This document shows, piece by piece, positions 11,436-21,559 of a stretch of DNA of 64,000 bases (its first letter is position 1; every line of letters begins with the position of its first letter). This DNA comes from an uncultured Candidatus Saccharibacteria bacterium. Its GTDB lineage: Bacteria > Patescibacteriota > WWE3 > UBA101185 > UBA10185. A program made the translations under genes and the position numbers. The stretch spans positions 5,555 to 69,554 of the forward strand of contig CAZTQT010000002.1 in NCBI GenBank assembly GCA_964615625.1. The letters are read 5' to 3'. Below the pieces are notes generated by a model. It saw nothing but the letters and a program-made list of their open reading frames with translations, was not told the DNA's origin and searched no databases.

Positions 11436-12317
11436 CTAGAGTCTAAAAAACAACATTAATATAAAAAATACTAAGATAATCAAAAGATACCTCATTATAA
11501 TACCGCGGGATAAATCGTTTTTTAAATGTAAAGAGATGTAATTTAGTATAAAAAGCATCATTGAGGAAACAAACAAAGCTCTTAGGAAATCCTCTGATGG
11601 AAAAAAGGAAACTGCAAAAGAAGATATGTAAATAATAAAAAATGAGAAAGCACACAGATATAATCTCTCCCCTAAACTGGTCTTTTTTGCATCAGGCTCG
11701 TATTCATGTATTTTTAATTGGTAATAAGTGAATAAAACTGAAATTGTTGATGCCAAAGCAGATTGTATAAAAACTACCACGTTTAGTTTAAATATACCTG
11801 CAAGAAGTGGGATAGCTACAATAATTTGAAGTATCTGACTCCATGTGACTGCTACCCTAAATAAAGGAATTATCTCTTCCCTATCGTGGACTACCAAAAA
11901 TATATTATCTGCAAGAGAAACTAAATAATACAGTCCTGAGAAAAAAATAATTACAAATATTTTAAAAACAGACCCCAAATTTGGATAAAAAGTTAATGAA
12001 AGTAACGCCCCAGACACAACACTGATAGGCATTATTGTACTAAACAAAAAGTTTTCCTTTGTAACACCTGGGTAATGTGAAATAAGAACACCGGAAAATA
12101 CTAAAAAAATCCCTATTATTACAGTTAAAAATAGGTTTTGTTTAATCACTCCCTGGGTAAAAGTGTATATAAACACAGCTATAAGTGCCGACTGAATGAG
12201 ATACCTGTTTCTTTTTGCTATATCAGAACTAACTATTTTTAGCATTTTTCTTTTTAACCTTCTCGGCAGGATGTTTTGGGATGAATGCTGTTTCCCAATC
12301 ATCTTTAACACTACCAT
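11436..12317 (-). CDS. Polytopic membrane protein, hypothetical
   Basis: About 8 predicted TM helices. The start is uncertain: the longest ORF overlaps ruvC by 89 bp, and an alternative Met at 12245 overlaps by 17 bp. Confidence 0.5.
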   Translation of the reverse strand: MVVLKMIGKQHSSQNILPRRLKRKMLKIVSSDIAKRNRYLIQSALIAVFIYTFTQGVIKQNLFLTVIIGIFLVFSGVLISHYPGVTKENFLFSTIMPISVVSGALLSLTFYPNLGSVFKIFVIIFFSGLYYLVSLADNIFLVVHDREEIIPLFRVAVTWSQILQIIVAIPLLAGIFKLNVVVFIQSALASTISVLFTYYQLKIHEYEPDAKKTSLGERLYLCAFSFFIIYISSFAVSFFPSEDFLRALFVSSMMLFILNYISLHLKNDLSRGIIMRYLLIILVFFILMLFFRL

Positions 12318-12819
12318 TTTTATCCTTATTGGTAATATTATCCAACATTGTCTTTTTCACATAACACAAAGCCATAGCAACAGCATCATTAGCATCGTCA
12401 GATTTTACTTTTTTATTTAAACCCAAAATTTTCTGAACAGCCTCTTGCATTGTTTTTTTATCTGATCTACCATAACCAGTTAAAGCTAGTTTTGCTTCTA
12501 GTGCGGTGTATTCTTCCACTTTTACTTTTTTATTAGCAGCAGCAAGCATACTAATACCACGAGCTTGGCCAACCGCTATAGCCGTTTTTGCATTTGTATT
12601 GAAAAATAATTTTTCAATTACCATAACATCTGGCTTATTTTCTTTTAATACGGAGATTAAAGTATCGTACAAAAATTTTAGACGTTTTTCAGGTTCTAAA
12701 TCTGGATGGGTTATTATAACTTCCCCATCTATTAATTTTATCTTTTTACCATTGCTTTTAACTTCTATAACCCCATATCCCATTCTGGCAGTACCGGGAT
12801 CTATTCCTATTACAATCAT
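12229..12819 (-). CDS. ruvC: Holliday junction resolvase RuvC
   Basis: N-terminal IVIGIDPGTARMGYGVIE and RNase H-like fold motifs, with a basic C-terminal extension. Confidence 0.85.
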   Translation of the reverse strand: MIVIGIDPGTARMGYGVIEVKSNGKKIKLIDGEVIITHPDLEPEKRLKFLYDTLISVLKENKPDVMVIEKLFFNTNAKTAIAVGQARGISMLAAANKKVKVEEYTALEAKLALTGYGRSDKKTMQEAVQKILGLNKKVKSDDANDAVAMALCYVKKTMLDNITNKDKNGSVKDDWETAFIPKHPAEKVKKKNAKNS

Positions 12820-13397
12820 TCTTCATCTGGAAGCTCAAAATTTACATATACGTCTTGGACATCATCATGGTCATCAATTTCCTCTAACAAAGCCTCAAGT
12901 TTTTCTGCGTCCTCCTTTGACACATCAACCATGTAGCTTGGATTATCTGGATCTGGAGAAAAAATGTAAGAGGTGCTTCCTAAGCCTCCTAAAGACCCAC
13001 CATGTTTATTAAATATATTTCTGATTTCGGCAACAGTTCTGTTTATGTTATCCGTCAAACCCTTGATATAAAAAGCCTCTCCATTTGGTCCAAAACCTTC
13101 ATAAATGACCTCAGAAAAACTTATATTTCCTCCTTGACCGGAACCCTTTGCAATAGCTCTATCTATGTTATCTTTGGGCATCCTAGCCTCTTTAGCACGT
13201 TCTACAGCAAGTCTTAATTTTGGATTTGAATCTGGATCAGATCCCGACTTTGCAGCAACACTTATAAGTTTGCTCATCTTTGAAAAAATCTTGCTCTTTT
13301 TTGAATCTGTAACTTCCTTTTTTCTTTTTATATTAGCCCATTTAGAATGTCCCGACATAGCGATTATATTATCACTTCTTTTTGTTTTTTTAAACAC
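12816..13397 (-). CDS. yebC: YebC/PmpR-family transcriptional regulator, short form
   Basis: MSGHSKWANIKRKK signature. The true start may be the Met at 13358. yebC–ruvC synteny is conserved. Confidence 0.8.
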   Translation of the reverse strand: MFKKTKRSDNIIAMSGHSKWANIKRKKEVTDSKKSKIFSKMSKLISVAAKSGSDPDSNPKLRLAVERAKEARMPKDNIDRAIAKGSGQGGNISFSEVIYEGFGPNGEAFYIKGLTDNINRTVAEIRNIFNKHGGSLGGLGSTSYIFSPDPDNPSYMVDVSKEDAEKLEALLEEIDDHDDVQDVYVNFELPDEE

Positions 13398-13459
13398 TGA
13401 TCACAACTAACCTCAAATCTCTTATTGACAAAATTTTTTCTTTTTATATCCTATCACTT

Positions 13460-14149
13460 ATGAGTTTGAGCCTAGCAGTACTAACAAAGAAGGCAATAGA
13501 CGCATCACTAAAGCAAAAATGGGATGAGGCTATAGAATTGAATTTAGAAATACTAAAGATTTATCCAAAAAACACAGATACAAAGATAAGATTAGGAAGA
13601 TGTTATATACAAAAAAAGGACTTTAATAAAGCAAAAAGGATATTTAAAGAAGTTCTTGATGTGGATCCTATAAATCCAATAGCATTAAAAAACTTTGATC
13701 TAGCCAAAAACCAGAAAACCGATTCTAATGTATCAGGGTCTCATGTAAACACAAAATCATTACTAAAAGAGCCTGGGAGCAGTCACGAGGTATCTGTAAA
13801 TACGCTCTCTAAAGGTATTAAGAAAGAGGATTTTGTATCTGGAGATGAGCTGACATTTAAACAAAAAAAGAAAGAGATAGAACTATATCGTGATAAAAAA
13901 GGTAAGAAAATATTAGCAGGAAGCATAAACGATGATTATACGGTGCAAAAAATATCCTGTGCCTTGAGTAAAAAGATAAATATAAAAATAATATTCATAA
14001 AGTGGAAGGGTTCTGAAATGACAGTGCTAATAAAGGCGTCAGCACCAATTTTTAAACCCGACAAAGTAGAAATAAGACCTTACCTAAGAAAAGGAACCAT
14101 AGAAGAACCGGAAATGGACATGGAACCAGAAGAGGAAGAAACTGAATAA
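13460..14149 (+). CDS. TPR-repeat-containing hypothetical protein
   Basis: N-terminal TPR-like helices and an acidic C-terminus. Confidence 0.45.
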   Translation: MSLSLAVLTKKAIDASLKQKWDEAIELNLEILKIYPKNTDTKIRLGRCYIQKKDFNKAKRIFKEVLDVDPINPIALKNFDLAKNQKTDSNVSGSHVNTKSLLKEPGSSHEVSVNTLSKGIKKEDFVSGDELTFKQKKKEIELYRDKKGKKILAGSINDDYTVQKISCALSKKINIKIIFIKWKGSEMTVLIKASAPIFKPDKVEIRPYLRKGTIEEPEMDMEPEEEETE

Positions 14150-14153
14150 CTAT

Positions 14154-14942
14154 TTACCTCAAATCATCATCATCCATTATATTGTTAATATATTCTTTTT
14201 GTACTTTTTCATCAGTGCTCTGCTTTTGTGGTGCAATCTTTTCTTCTTTTTTAATATTTTTTGGCTTTGTATCTTTGTCTTTTTTAATTACCGCAACTCC
14301 CCCACTCTCGGAACTTTTATTTTCATTTTTTGATCTCTTTGGCTTCGGTTTTCTTTCAACCTTTATATCTTTTTTCTCAGGTTTTTCGGGTAATTTTGCT
14401 GCTGTACTGTCTTTAAGAACTTTATCTAAAGCCGCAAAAGGAACTTTAGAATTTTCTTTTGGTATTAAGGCCACTGCTTTATCATTTAACTCTGCATTGT
14501 TGTATTCAGCCGATATATCAGATATTTTATAAGAACCATCATCAGACAATAAATACCACTTACCTTCTTTTTTAGCTAAAACACCCTCAACTTGTTTTCT
14601 TTCAACCTTATCTATTTGCTTAAAAATTTGTTTCCCAGAATCCGTAAAAACCTTTAAAATATCCCCATAAACTAGCTTTGATTTGGCTGCATAGTTAGCT
14701 GGTACTTCTGTTTTCCTACCATCTTGTGCTATTAAATACTGACCATCAAAAACACCTTCTGTTCCTGGAACACTTTGGTAATGGGCTTTTCTTTCTTCTT
14801 GCTCCATCAAATCTATGGCGTTTTTAACCTTCTCCATATGATTTAAAGAAGCCTGAATAAGATTCTTTATATTCTCATACTTTTTTTGATAACTACCTTT
14901 AAATTCAAACTCGTCCTTTTTTTCTTTTTTATTTTCTTCCAT
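14154..14942 (-). CDS. Lys-rich hypothetical protein
   Basis: 262-aa ORF, 4 bp downstream of the ATPase gene, with a K/E-rich low-complexity tail. Confidence 0.45.
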   Translation of the reverse strand: MEENKKEKKDEFEFKGSYQKKYENIKNLIQASLNHMEKVKNAIDLMEQEERKAHYQSVPGTEGVFDGQYLIAQDGRKTEVPANYAAKSKLVYGDILKVFTDSGKQIFKQIDKVERKQVEGVLAKKEGKWYLLSDDGSYKISDISAEYNNAELNDKAVALIPKENSKVPFAALDKVLKDSTAAKLPEKPEKKDIKVERKPKPKRSKNENKSSESGGVAVIKKDKDTKPKNIKKEEKIAPQKQSTDEKVQKEYINNIMDDDDLR

Positions 14943-14945
14943 CTT

Positions 14946-17483
14946 TTACTCCTCTATATTTTCTAAATTTATATTTTCAGGATTATCTAAATTTTTTTCA
15001 GCATACTCTTGAGCTATAGCCATACCCTTATCAAATTTTGTTGTAAGCCATTTATTCACTCTGCCTTCAACTTTTTCCCTTGGCACTCCGTATTTTTCCC
15101 TACTTCTTTGTAAAACTTTCTCACGGTTAGATGTTTTAGGTACAATAAAGTCATCTGCCCATGGGACTATAATTTTAGCCGAAAATGGATGCGATGTCAT
15201 TCCATCAACCATTAGTTTAGTATATATCTGAAATCTTTCTAAAGAAATTATATCTTCTTCCGTAAAGTATGGTGCAAACTCCTTAGATAATTCTTTAGCA
15301 TCGGGAGCACCTAAGGAAAATGTCATTATAGTACCAACGTTTCCATAAACAGCCTTAAGCAGATTCTCCGGCAATTGTCCCGTAAACTGATGGGTTAAGT
15401 TTAAACCTAACTTATATTTTCTTGATTCAGAAAGTATCTCTTCAAAACTTCCGGTAGCAAAGTTTTGAAACTCATCTACATAAAGATAAAAGGGTCTTCT
15501 TCTATCGTTTGGTATTTTGGCCCTTTGGAGAGCGTAGAATTGAATTCTAGACACCAATAAAGCCCCAAGTAGGTTAGCATTATCCTGACCTATCTTACCC
15601 TTTGAAAGGTTCATTAAAAGTATTTTCCCAGAATTCATGGCATCCCAAATATCTATAGTTGATCTTCTTTGACCAAGTATATTTCTTATTGTTGTAGAGG
15701 CTAAAAATCTATTTACCTTGTTTTGAATTGGCGATATGGCTTCTGTCACCAGTTTTTGATTGCCTTTCATTTGTTTAAATTCTTCGTCCCAAAACTTTTT
15801 AACCAACGGGTCTCTCACACTGTGCAAAATATAATTCAAATAATTTTGATCTTCTAATAATCTGGTAATTCCTAGCATTGTAGTACCTGGAACTTCTAAT
15901 AAAGTCAGGACGCAGTAATTTAGCAAGTATTCAAGTCTAGGTCCCCATGAAAAATCAAAATGTTGTTTTATAGCTGAAACAAGACCAGAAGCCATGAGGT
16001 TTTTTTGAGATTGATCGTCTATCTCAAGAAGATTTAGTGCAACCGGAAATTCAGTATCAGAAGGATCCATGTATATTACATCCTCTACTCTATTATCAGG
16101 AATTCTGTCTAAGATATTTTCTATAGTCTCACCATGGGGATCTAATATTGCGGCCCCCTGACCATTAGCTATATCTTGAGACAACATTGTTACAAATAAT
16201 GACGACTTACCTGTTCCTGACTTTCCTATGACGTAAAGGTGCCTTAATCTATCATCGTTATCGTTTCTTATTCCAAACTTAACAGATTTATTTCTATATA
16301 ATGTTTCACCTATGTATGTACAGTTCTCAGTGGGTAAATTAGCGGGTGGTTCTGATTTTCTTGAGTAAACCCATGAAATATTGGGAGTATCTATATTAGA
16401 AAGAGGAAAATGAAAAATTGTCGCTAACTCCTCTGTATTAAGTATCAAACACCTGCTAGGATCAAATTCTCTATTCTTGTAATCACTTAGAGCCGCAACT
16501 TTGTTACTTTCCTCACTACTAGAAAAACTATTTAAACTTGTTCCAGAAAACTGATTTAAAGAAGCTATTATCCCTCTCATATTAGTATCTACTCTATCCA
16601 TACTTGTAGAGGCTGATACAACTCTGACAACAGTCTCAAAACCCATTCTTGATAATTTATTTTCAATTGATTTTAACTCCGTCTCTTTTGCAGCACTTAT
16701 TTTAGGAGGAGTGGTAATATATTTTCCTTTAACTTCCGTTCCTTGGGCAGGTGTTGTAAAAAGACCTGTTATGACTCCGGAGACTATTTCTACTATTTCT
16801 TTTTTAATAACGTCAAAAAATATGTTGTAAGCACTTCTTGTTTTTCCTGGATCGGCACCTTCCCTCACTTTATTTACATAGTCAAAACCTTCTTGTTGCC
16901 ATTTATCTGCAACAGGTCTGACTAAAACCTGAAACCAAACTTCTTCCCCACCTAATAAGTTTGATACAGAAGATGACATTGAAGAAATAGGATCAGTTTC
17001 AAAATCTCTAAAACTCTTAATTGGATAAAAATCTGGTTTTGTAAAAGAAATTGTAGATACCTTATATTCTGTGTGAGAAGTATTTATAGCTGGAGTATAG
17101 TCAGAAACTACGGATATATGAGCATCTGGGTATTGTGCGTATATCTGACTTTCAACAAACTTTAAGATATTTGATGGAGTTGTAACATAAAAACGTATCC
17201 CTCTATCTCCTGATGCAACCATCTCAAAAGACACACGCTCCTGCATTGCTGAGTCATCTTTTAATAAACCGTGTAAAGCAGAAAACATATTTTCCGCGCT
17301 TAGAGAAGATGCTTGAATATCTCTCTTTTGATCATCGTTTCTACTTAGCTGTACTTCCAGAACTTCTACATTACTATCAGAAAGTTTTTCCTCTGTTTTT
17401 TTAGATTTTTTGATTTTTAAATACACACCAAACAGAACAAGTCCTAAAGCAATAATTATTATTAAATAATCTCCTAAATTCAT
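14946..17483 (-). CDS. Membrane-anchored P-loop ATPase of the HerA/FtsK/VirB4 (DUF87-like) superfamily
   Basis: N-terminal TM helix, a non-ATPase domain of about 400 aa, then Walker A VIGKSGTGKSS, DPHGE and Walker B LYVDEFQNF. Confidence 0.7.
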   Translation of the reverse strand: MNLGDYLIIIIALGLVLFGVYLKIKKSKKTEEKLSDSNVEVLEVQLSRNDDQKRDIQASSLSAENMFSALHGLLKDDSAMQERVSFEMVASGDRGIRFYVTTPSNILKFVESQIYAQYPDAHISVVSDYTPAINTSHTEYKVSTISFTKPDFYPIKSFRDFETDPISSMSSSVSNLLGGEEVWFQVLVRPVADKWQQEGFDYVNKVREGADPGKTRSAYNIFFDVIKKEIVEIVSGVITGLFTTPAQGTEVKGKYITTPPKISAAKETELKSIENKLSRMGFETVVRVVSASTSMDRVDTNMRGIIASLNQFSGTSLNSFSSSEESNKVAALSDYKNREFDPSRCLILNTEELATIFHFPLSNIDTPNISWVYSRKSEPPANLPTENCTYIGETLYRNKSVKFGIRNDNDDRLRHLYVIGKSGTGKSSLFVTMLSQDIANGQGAAILDPHGETIENILDRIPDNRVEDVIYMDPSDTEFPVALNLLEIDDQSQKNLMASGLVSAIKQHFDFSWGPRLEYLLNYCVLTLLEVPGTTMLGITRLLEDQNYLNYILHSVRDPLVKKFWDEEFKQMKGNQKLVTEAISPIQNKVNRFLASTTIRNILGQRRSTIDIWDAMNSGKILLMNLSKGKIGQDNANLLGALLVSRIQFYALQRAKIPNDRRRPFYLYVDEFQNFATGSFEEILSESRKYKLGLNLTHQFTGQLPENLLKAVYGNVGTIMTFSLGAPDAKELSKEFAPYFTEEDIISLERFQIYTKLMVDGMTSHPFSAKIIVPWADDFIVPKTSNREKVLQRSREKYGVPREKVEGRVNKWLTTKFDKGMAIAQEYAEKNLDNPENINLENIEE

Positions 17484-17704
17484 TTATTTTTCCTTCCTTT
17501 TTAATATCTCCATAATATTTGGTAGAGGTTAAATAATAACCTCTGACCAATAAACTACAAGTTTTCAAATTACTTCGCGGCGACAAGCTTAAACTTGGGG
17601 AATAAAATAAACCCCCGCCCATCTGACGAGCTTGCGAGTCCGAGGGGTAACGTTTTAATCCCAAGAACTCTAAGACACTAAAATTTAGACGTCAGATTGG
17701 AGGT

Positions 17705-17739
17705 ATAAATAAACCCCCGCCCTATATTTGGGACGGGGG
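17705..17739 (-). terminator. Rho-independent terminator for the 17768–18841 gene
   Basis: Minus-strand hairpin CCCCCGTCCC…GGGCGGGGG followed by a U-run. Confidence 0.6.
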
Positions 17740-17767
17740 ATAGAAAGGAGAGAGTACTATGGTTATA

Positions 17768-18841
17768 TTAATACAAATCTCCTGAAGTGTCAAATCCAAG
17801 TATAACTACAACATCCGATCTATCTACCTCGTTCTCCATGATACTATGGGATCTAGCCTCTGCTTTAGAGATTATATTAGATATTCTAAAAACCCGTGAT
17901 AAAAATAACACTGTTTCAGACGCATTATCATCAGTAACAATGACACTTTTATCATAAGTTTTTGTAGTATTTTGAGTAGCTACTACTCTACCACCAAAAT
18001 TATTTACTACCCTTGATCCAAAAGACGCCAATCCAGAATAATTTGTACCGTTTAATACAGAGACACTCTTTTTTTCCTTAGATAAAACAGAATCCAAAGT
18101 AAATTCCCTTATAAAATTATCAAAATTATCAGTATTGGAAAAATTTTCTGGAACTATATTTTTTTCTAATATATTTTCTTTTGGCAAAGAACTGATAAAA
18201 GATGTCAGATTATAAAACTCTCTTATATCCATATCTGTTTTCAAATGATCGTTTAAACTAGCAACGTCTTTCATTTTCATCATTTTTAAGATTCCGCCCC
18301 CACGCCATAGTTTATCAAAAAAATCATCATATTTGGTGTCAGTAACAATAAATTTATCTACTTTAAATCCAAAAAGTTTAAAAATAGATCTGTTTATAGC
18401 CTCTGCCCCAGAAACATATTTATCTTGTGCGTTTAACTCACCTAATGCAAACACCTTATCAAGAGTCTCAGAACCAAATCTTCCGGGTATTTCATAATTT
18501 TTATCAACAGGGACATTAAAAGCAAAAACACGATTTGTATCTTTATTGAGAATAAAAAACTCTACCTTTTTTATGACAACTGGGTCTGATTTTAAGTCTT
18601 CTGCAACAATGTAGGAAATTGTAGGAATGGGTTCGTCTGCAATTGCATAACTTGTTGATGAAAGTGCTGACGCAAACCTTTGATTTAGATATTTGTAGAA
18701 AGTATATGAAAAAAGTAAAAGAAATGAGAAAACAAACACCACAACAACTACGACTGCATTACGAATATTTTTACGTGCAGACCTAGTTATACCTGTTTTA
18801 GAGCTAGAACTATATTTCCTTCGGGCAGGGATCTTTTTCAT
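17768..18841 (-). CDS. Signal-anchored hypothetical protein
   Basis: Basic N-terminus plus one TM helix, then a domain of about 300 aa with no recognised motif. Confidence 0.5.
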   Translation of the reverse strand: MKKIPARRKYSSSSKTGITRSARKNIRNAVVVVVVFVFSFLLLFSYTFYKYLNQRFASALSSTSYAIADEPIPTISYIVAEDLKSDPVVIKKVEFFILNKDTNRVFAFNVPVDKNYEIPGRFGSETLDKVFALGELNAQDKYVSGAEAINRSIFKLFGFKVDKFIVTDTKYDDFFDKLWRGGGILKMMKMKDVASLNDHLKTDMDIREFYNLTSFISSLPKENILEKNIVPENFSNTDNFDNFIREFTLDSVLSKEKKSVSVLNGTNYSGLASFGSRVVNNFGGRVVATQNTTKTYDKSVIVTDDNASETVLFLSRVFRISNIISKAEARSHSIMENEVDRSDVVVILGFDTSGDLY

Positions 18842-18862
18842 AGATATATCTGATATATCATA

Positions 18863-19558
18863 TTATATTTGGAATTCTTTTGGCAAGGGAGCTTCAAATC
18901 TTTGAAATTTATGTGTTCGTGGGTTAAAAAACCCTAAAAAATGTGCATGTAACATCATTCTACCAAAGACTTCTTCATCTGTTTTGAGTAAATTTTTTGC
19001 GCAATAAATAGAGTCGCCTGCTACAGGATGTCCAACAGCAGAAAGATGTATTCTAATTTGATGTGTCCTACCCGTTCTAGGAAAAACTTTGCAAAATGTA
19101 TAACTATTACCCTCTTTATTAAAAATTCTTACCTTCTCTAATCTAGTAAAAGCGCTTTTACCATCCGAAACAATAGCTATTTTTAATGGATTTTTTGGAT
19201 TTCTAGCAATAGGTGCATCTATCTCAATTATCTCATCCCCCACCCTACCGTGTGCAACAACAATGTATTCTTTAAAAGTACGTCTCTCTTTAAACTGCTT
19301 TTGCAAAAAATAAAAAGAATCTGGATCTTTAGCTACAACAATAACACCCGATGTATCCTTATCTAATCTATGCACAATACCCGATCTTTTTATGAACTCT
19401 TCATCAGCAACATCAAACTCTCTAAGATATCTAGCATCCAGAATATCTTGCAAAGTTGATTCTTTATAAGTATTAGACCTGTTAACAACAAGTCCACAAG
19501 GTTTATTTAAAACCAATATACTCTCATCTTCAAATATTATTTCTATTTCTTTTTCCAT
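18863..19558 (-). CDS. RluA-family pseudouridine synthase
   Basis: HRLDKDTSGVIVVAKD catalytic Asp motif. Conserved lspA–rluD-type synteny. Confidence 0.85.
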   Translation of the reverse strand: MEKEIEIIFEDESILVLNKPCGLVVNRSNTYKESTLQDILDARYLREFDVADEEFIKRSGIVHRLDKDTSGVIVVAKDPDSFYFLQKQFKERRTFKEYIVVAHGRVGDEIIEIDAPIARNPKNPLKIAIVSDGKSAFTRLEKVRIFNKEGNSYTFCKVFPRTGRTHQIRIHLSAVGHPVAGDSIYCAKNLLKTDEEVFGRMMLHAHFLGFFNPRTHKFQRFEAPLPKEFQI

Positions 19559-19860
19559 AACTGATAAAAAATAACAAACACACCTATTGTAATAGCAAAA
19601 TCAGCTAAATTAAAATGGAAAATATTAAAAAAGTTTATATAGTCCCTTACGCATCCATTTTTAATCCATTCAAAAATATTGGATAAACTACCAAATAATA
19701 TAAGTAAAAACCCTATATTATAATTTAAACCTTTTTCGTAAAAATTTTTTATGTAAAAAAATGAAAATAAAACTAACAACAGCACGGATAACAATACAGA
19801 TAATTTAAACCCTATAAAACTTGAAAAAATATGGTTACAGTTGTAGACAGCTTCTATCAC
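19543..19860 (-). CDS. lspA: Lipoprotein signal peptidase II, apparently N-terminally short
   Basis: C-terminal LspA motifs (LFGSLSN, NGCVRDYINF, FNLADFAITIGV). Only 105 aa with 3 TM helices. An upstream non-ATG start is possible. Confidence 0.65.
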   Translation of the reverse strand: MIEAVYNCNHIFSSFIGFKLSVLLSVLLLVLFSFFYIKNFYEKGLNYNIGFLLILFGSLSNIFEWIKNGCVRDYINFFNIFHFNLADFAITIGVFVIFYQLWKKK

Positions 19861-20909
19861 TGTAAGGCGTTTTTCTCTAGTATCTCATCTTGCCTAATAT
19901 CTTCAATCTGAGATTGATCTGTTGCACAATCTATACATGTTGTTGCCTCTGGATAAGCCTCTAATCTAGCTTTGTCTATCTCCTGTCCACAAACCTCACA
20001 TTTACCATATTTACCCGTTTCTATTGCTTCAAGAGCTTTTCTAACCTGTACTTTTGATTCTTTAACTGTAGATAAACGTGCATCGGTGACAGTTTTTCCT
20101 GTATCTTCTAAAACATCATCTAATGTTTCTGCGTTATCTGTGGCCCTACCGTGTTGTAAATAGGGGTCACTATCTATAAGGGATTGCTGCTGCTCCTTTA
20201 AACTTTTCTCCTTTATTTTTAATCTTCTTTTTAAAGCATTTATAAGATTTTCTGGCAATATTGATTTTGACATAGTTTTTTTACCTCTAAAGTATAGATT
20301 TATAATACCTATTGTAACCAAAATAGAAGCCATTAGTAAAGAACCGCCCTTTTTTAGAAAAACCAAAATGCACACAGAAACTGAGAAAAGAAAGAAGGAA
20401 AATATCATCCCAGACATAAATTTATAACCTCTATGGACCATTACAAGAATATAATTCAGTATTAACAATCCAAGTAAAATTAAGTAAACCCATTCCTTAG
20501 AAACTAAGAAATATCCTAAACTTATAAACATTAAAAAAATTGCAAATGAAACAGAGTAAATATCTAAAAGTCTAAAAATAGACCATTTGAATTTTTTTGA
20601 AAAGAAAAACACTGGTAATAAACTGGTTAGAAAGAAAAAAAGCAATAACACTGATGTTTGGTCAAGTTTTAAAAATATGCTTGATGGAACATATATTTTT
20701 AACCATTCAAAAATCCTATAAACAGTATAAGAAATGCCTCCAGAAATTATAAGAGATGAAAATACAAGATCAAAAAATCTATGAGTATTAAACCCATCTT
20801 TTTTTGACTCACTCCAAAGAACAAAAAGCTGTGAAAACAAACCCAACAAAACAACAACAAAAATGGTATTAAAACTTCCAGATTCTGTTTTTATATTTGC
20901 AGGAATCAT
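19857..20909 (-). CDS. Polytopic membrane domain fused to a C-terminal DksA/TraR-type C4 zinc finger (YlyA-like)
   Basis: About 7 TM helices, then a K-rich linker and CEVCGQEI…TTCIDCA (CxxC-x17-CxxC). Its position upstream of lspA–rluA mirrors Bacillus ylyA. Confidence 0.6.
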   Translation of the reverse strand: MIPANIKTESGSFNTIFVVVLLGLFSQLFVLWSESKKDGFNTHRFFDLVFSSLIISGGISYTVYRIFEWLKIYVPSSIFLKLDQTSVLLLFFFLTSLLPVFFFSKKFKWSIFRLLDIYSVSFAIFLMFISLGYFLVSKEWVYLILLGLLILNYILVMVHRGYKFMSGMIFSFFLFSVSVCILVFLKKGGSLLMASILVTIGIINLYFRGKKTMSKSILPENLINALKRRLKIKEKSLKEQQQSLIDSDPYLQHGRATDNAETLDDVLEDTGKTVTDARLSTVKESKVQVRKALEAIETGKYGKCEVCGQEIDKARLEAYPEATTCIDCATDQSQIEDIRQDEILEKNALQ

Positions 20910-20914
20910 TATTT

Positions 20915-21469
20915 TTAAGCTTTAGATATATACTCACCACTTCTTGTATCTATTTTTATCTTATCCCCTATTTTTATAAATGTTGGAACTTTAACTTTGG
21001 TACCGTTTTCAAGTTCTGCATCTTTATAAGCATTTGTCACAGTATTTCCTTTAAATCCTGGTTCTGTATATTTTATCTCAAACACCATAGTTATTGGCAA
21101 ATCAACTATTATAGGTGTCCCTTCAAAATACTTCACCATAACCTTTTCTCCTTCTTTCAAAAATGCCGCTGTGTCTCCTATAGTTTCTTCATCAATTGTA
21201 AACTGGTTAAAGTTTTCAGGATCCATAAAAACATACCCAGCTGAATCTTTATATAGGTACTGAGCATTTTTTGTCTCTACAAAAGTATCTTCAACATGGG
21301 CTGTTGATTGCCAAGATTTCTCTAAAACCTGACCTGTTATCAAGTCTTTCATCTTTATCCTCACTTGAGCACTACCTCTACTAATCTTTATATGCTGATA
21401 CTTAACCACCACAAAAGGGTGGCCGTTTTCTTTGAAGATTGTTCCATTTTTTAGATCAGTGACTACCAT
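20915..21469 (-). CDS. efp: Elongation factor P
   Basis: 184 aa with three OB/KOW-like domains and an EF-P N-terminal pattern. Confidence 0.9.
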   Translation of the reverse strand: MVVTDLKNGTIFKENGHPFVVVKYQHIKISRGSAQVRIKMKDLITGQVLEKSWQSTAHVEDTFVETKNAQYLYKDSAGYVFMDPENFNQFTIDEETIGDTAAFLKEGEKVMVKYFEGTPIIVDLPITMVFEIKYTEPGFKGNTVTNAYKDAELENGTKVKVPTFIKIGDKIKIDTRSGEYISKA

Positions 21470-21559
21470 AGCTCACTATTTTACCACCTTTTATCATGTT
21501 TTTGATATTAAATTATTCAGGTATTTTAAAGAAAACGCCCTTTGACAAGATTCTGTTAT

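Noticed and set aside
17621-17645. A CTGACGAG…CGAGTC stretch that looked like a hammerhead ribozyme core (CUGANGA).
   Set aside because: No correctly spaced GAAA element and no three-stem arrangement could be drawn. It is probably a coincidental match within a terminator or promoter spacer.
17401-17664. An 87-aa ORF on the minus strand in the spacer between the ATPase gene and the signal-anchored gene.
   Set aside because: It lies across the terminator hairpin and GC-rich repeat (ATAAACCCCCGCCC x2) and overlaps the ATPase gene start. There is no RBS and no conservation signal.
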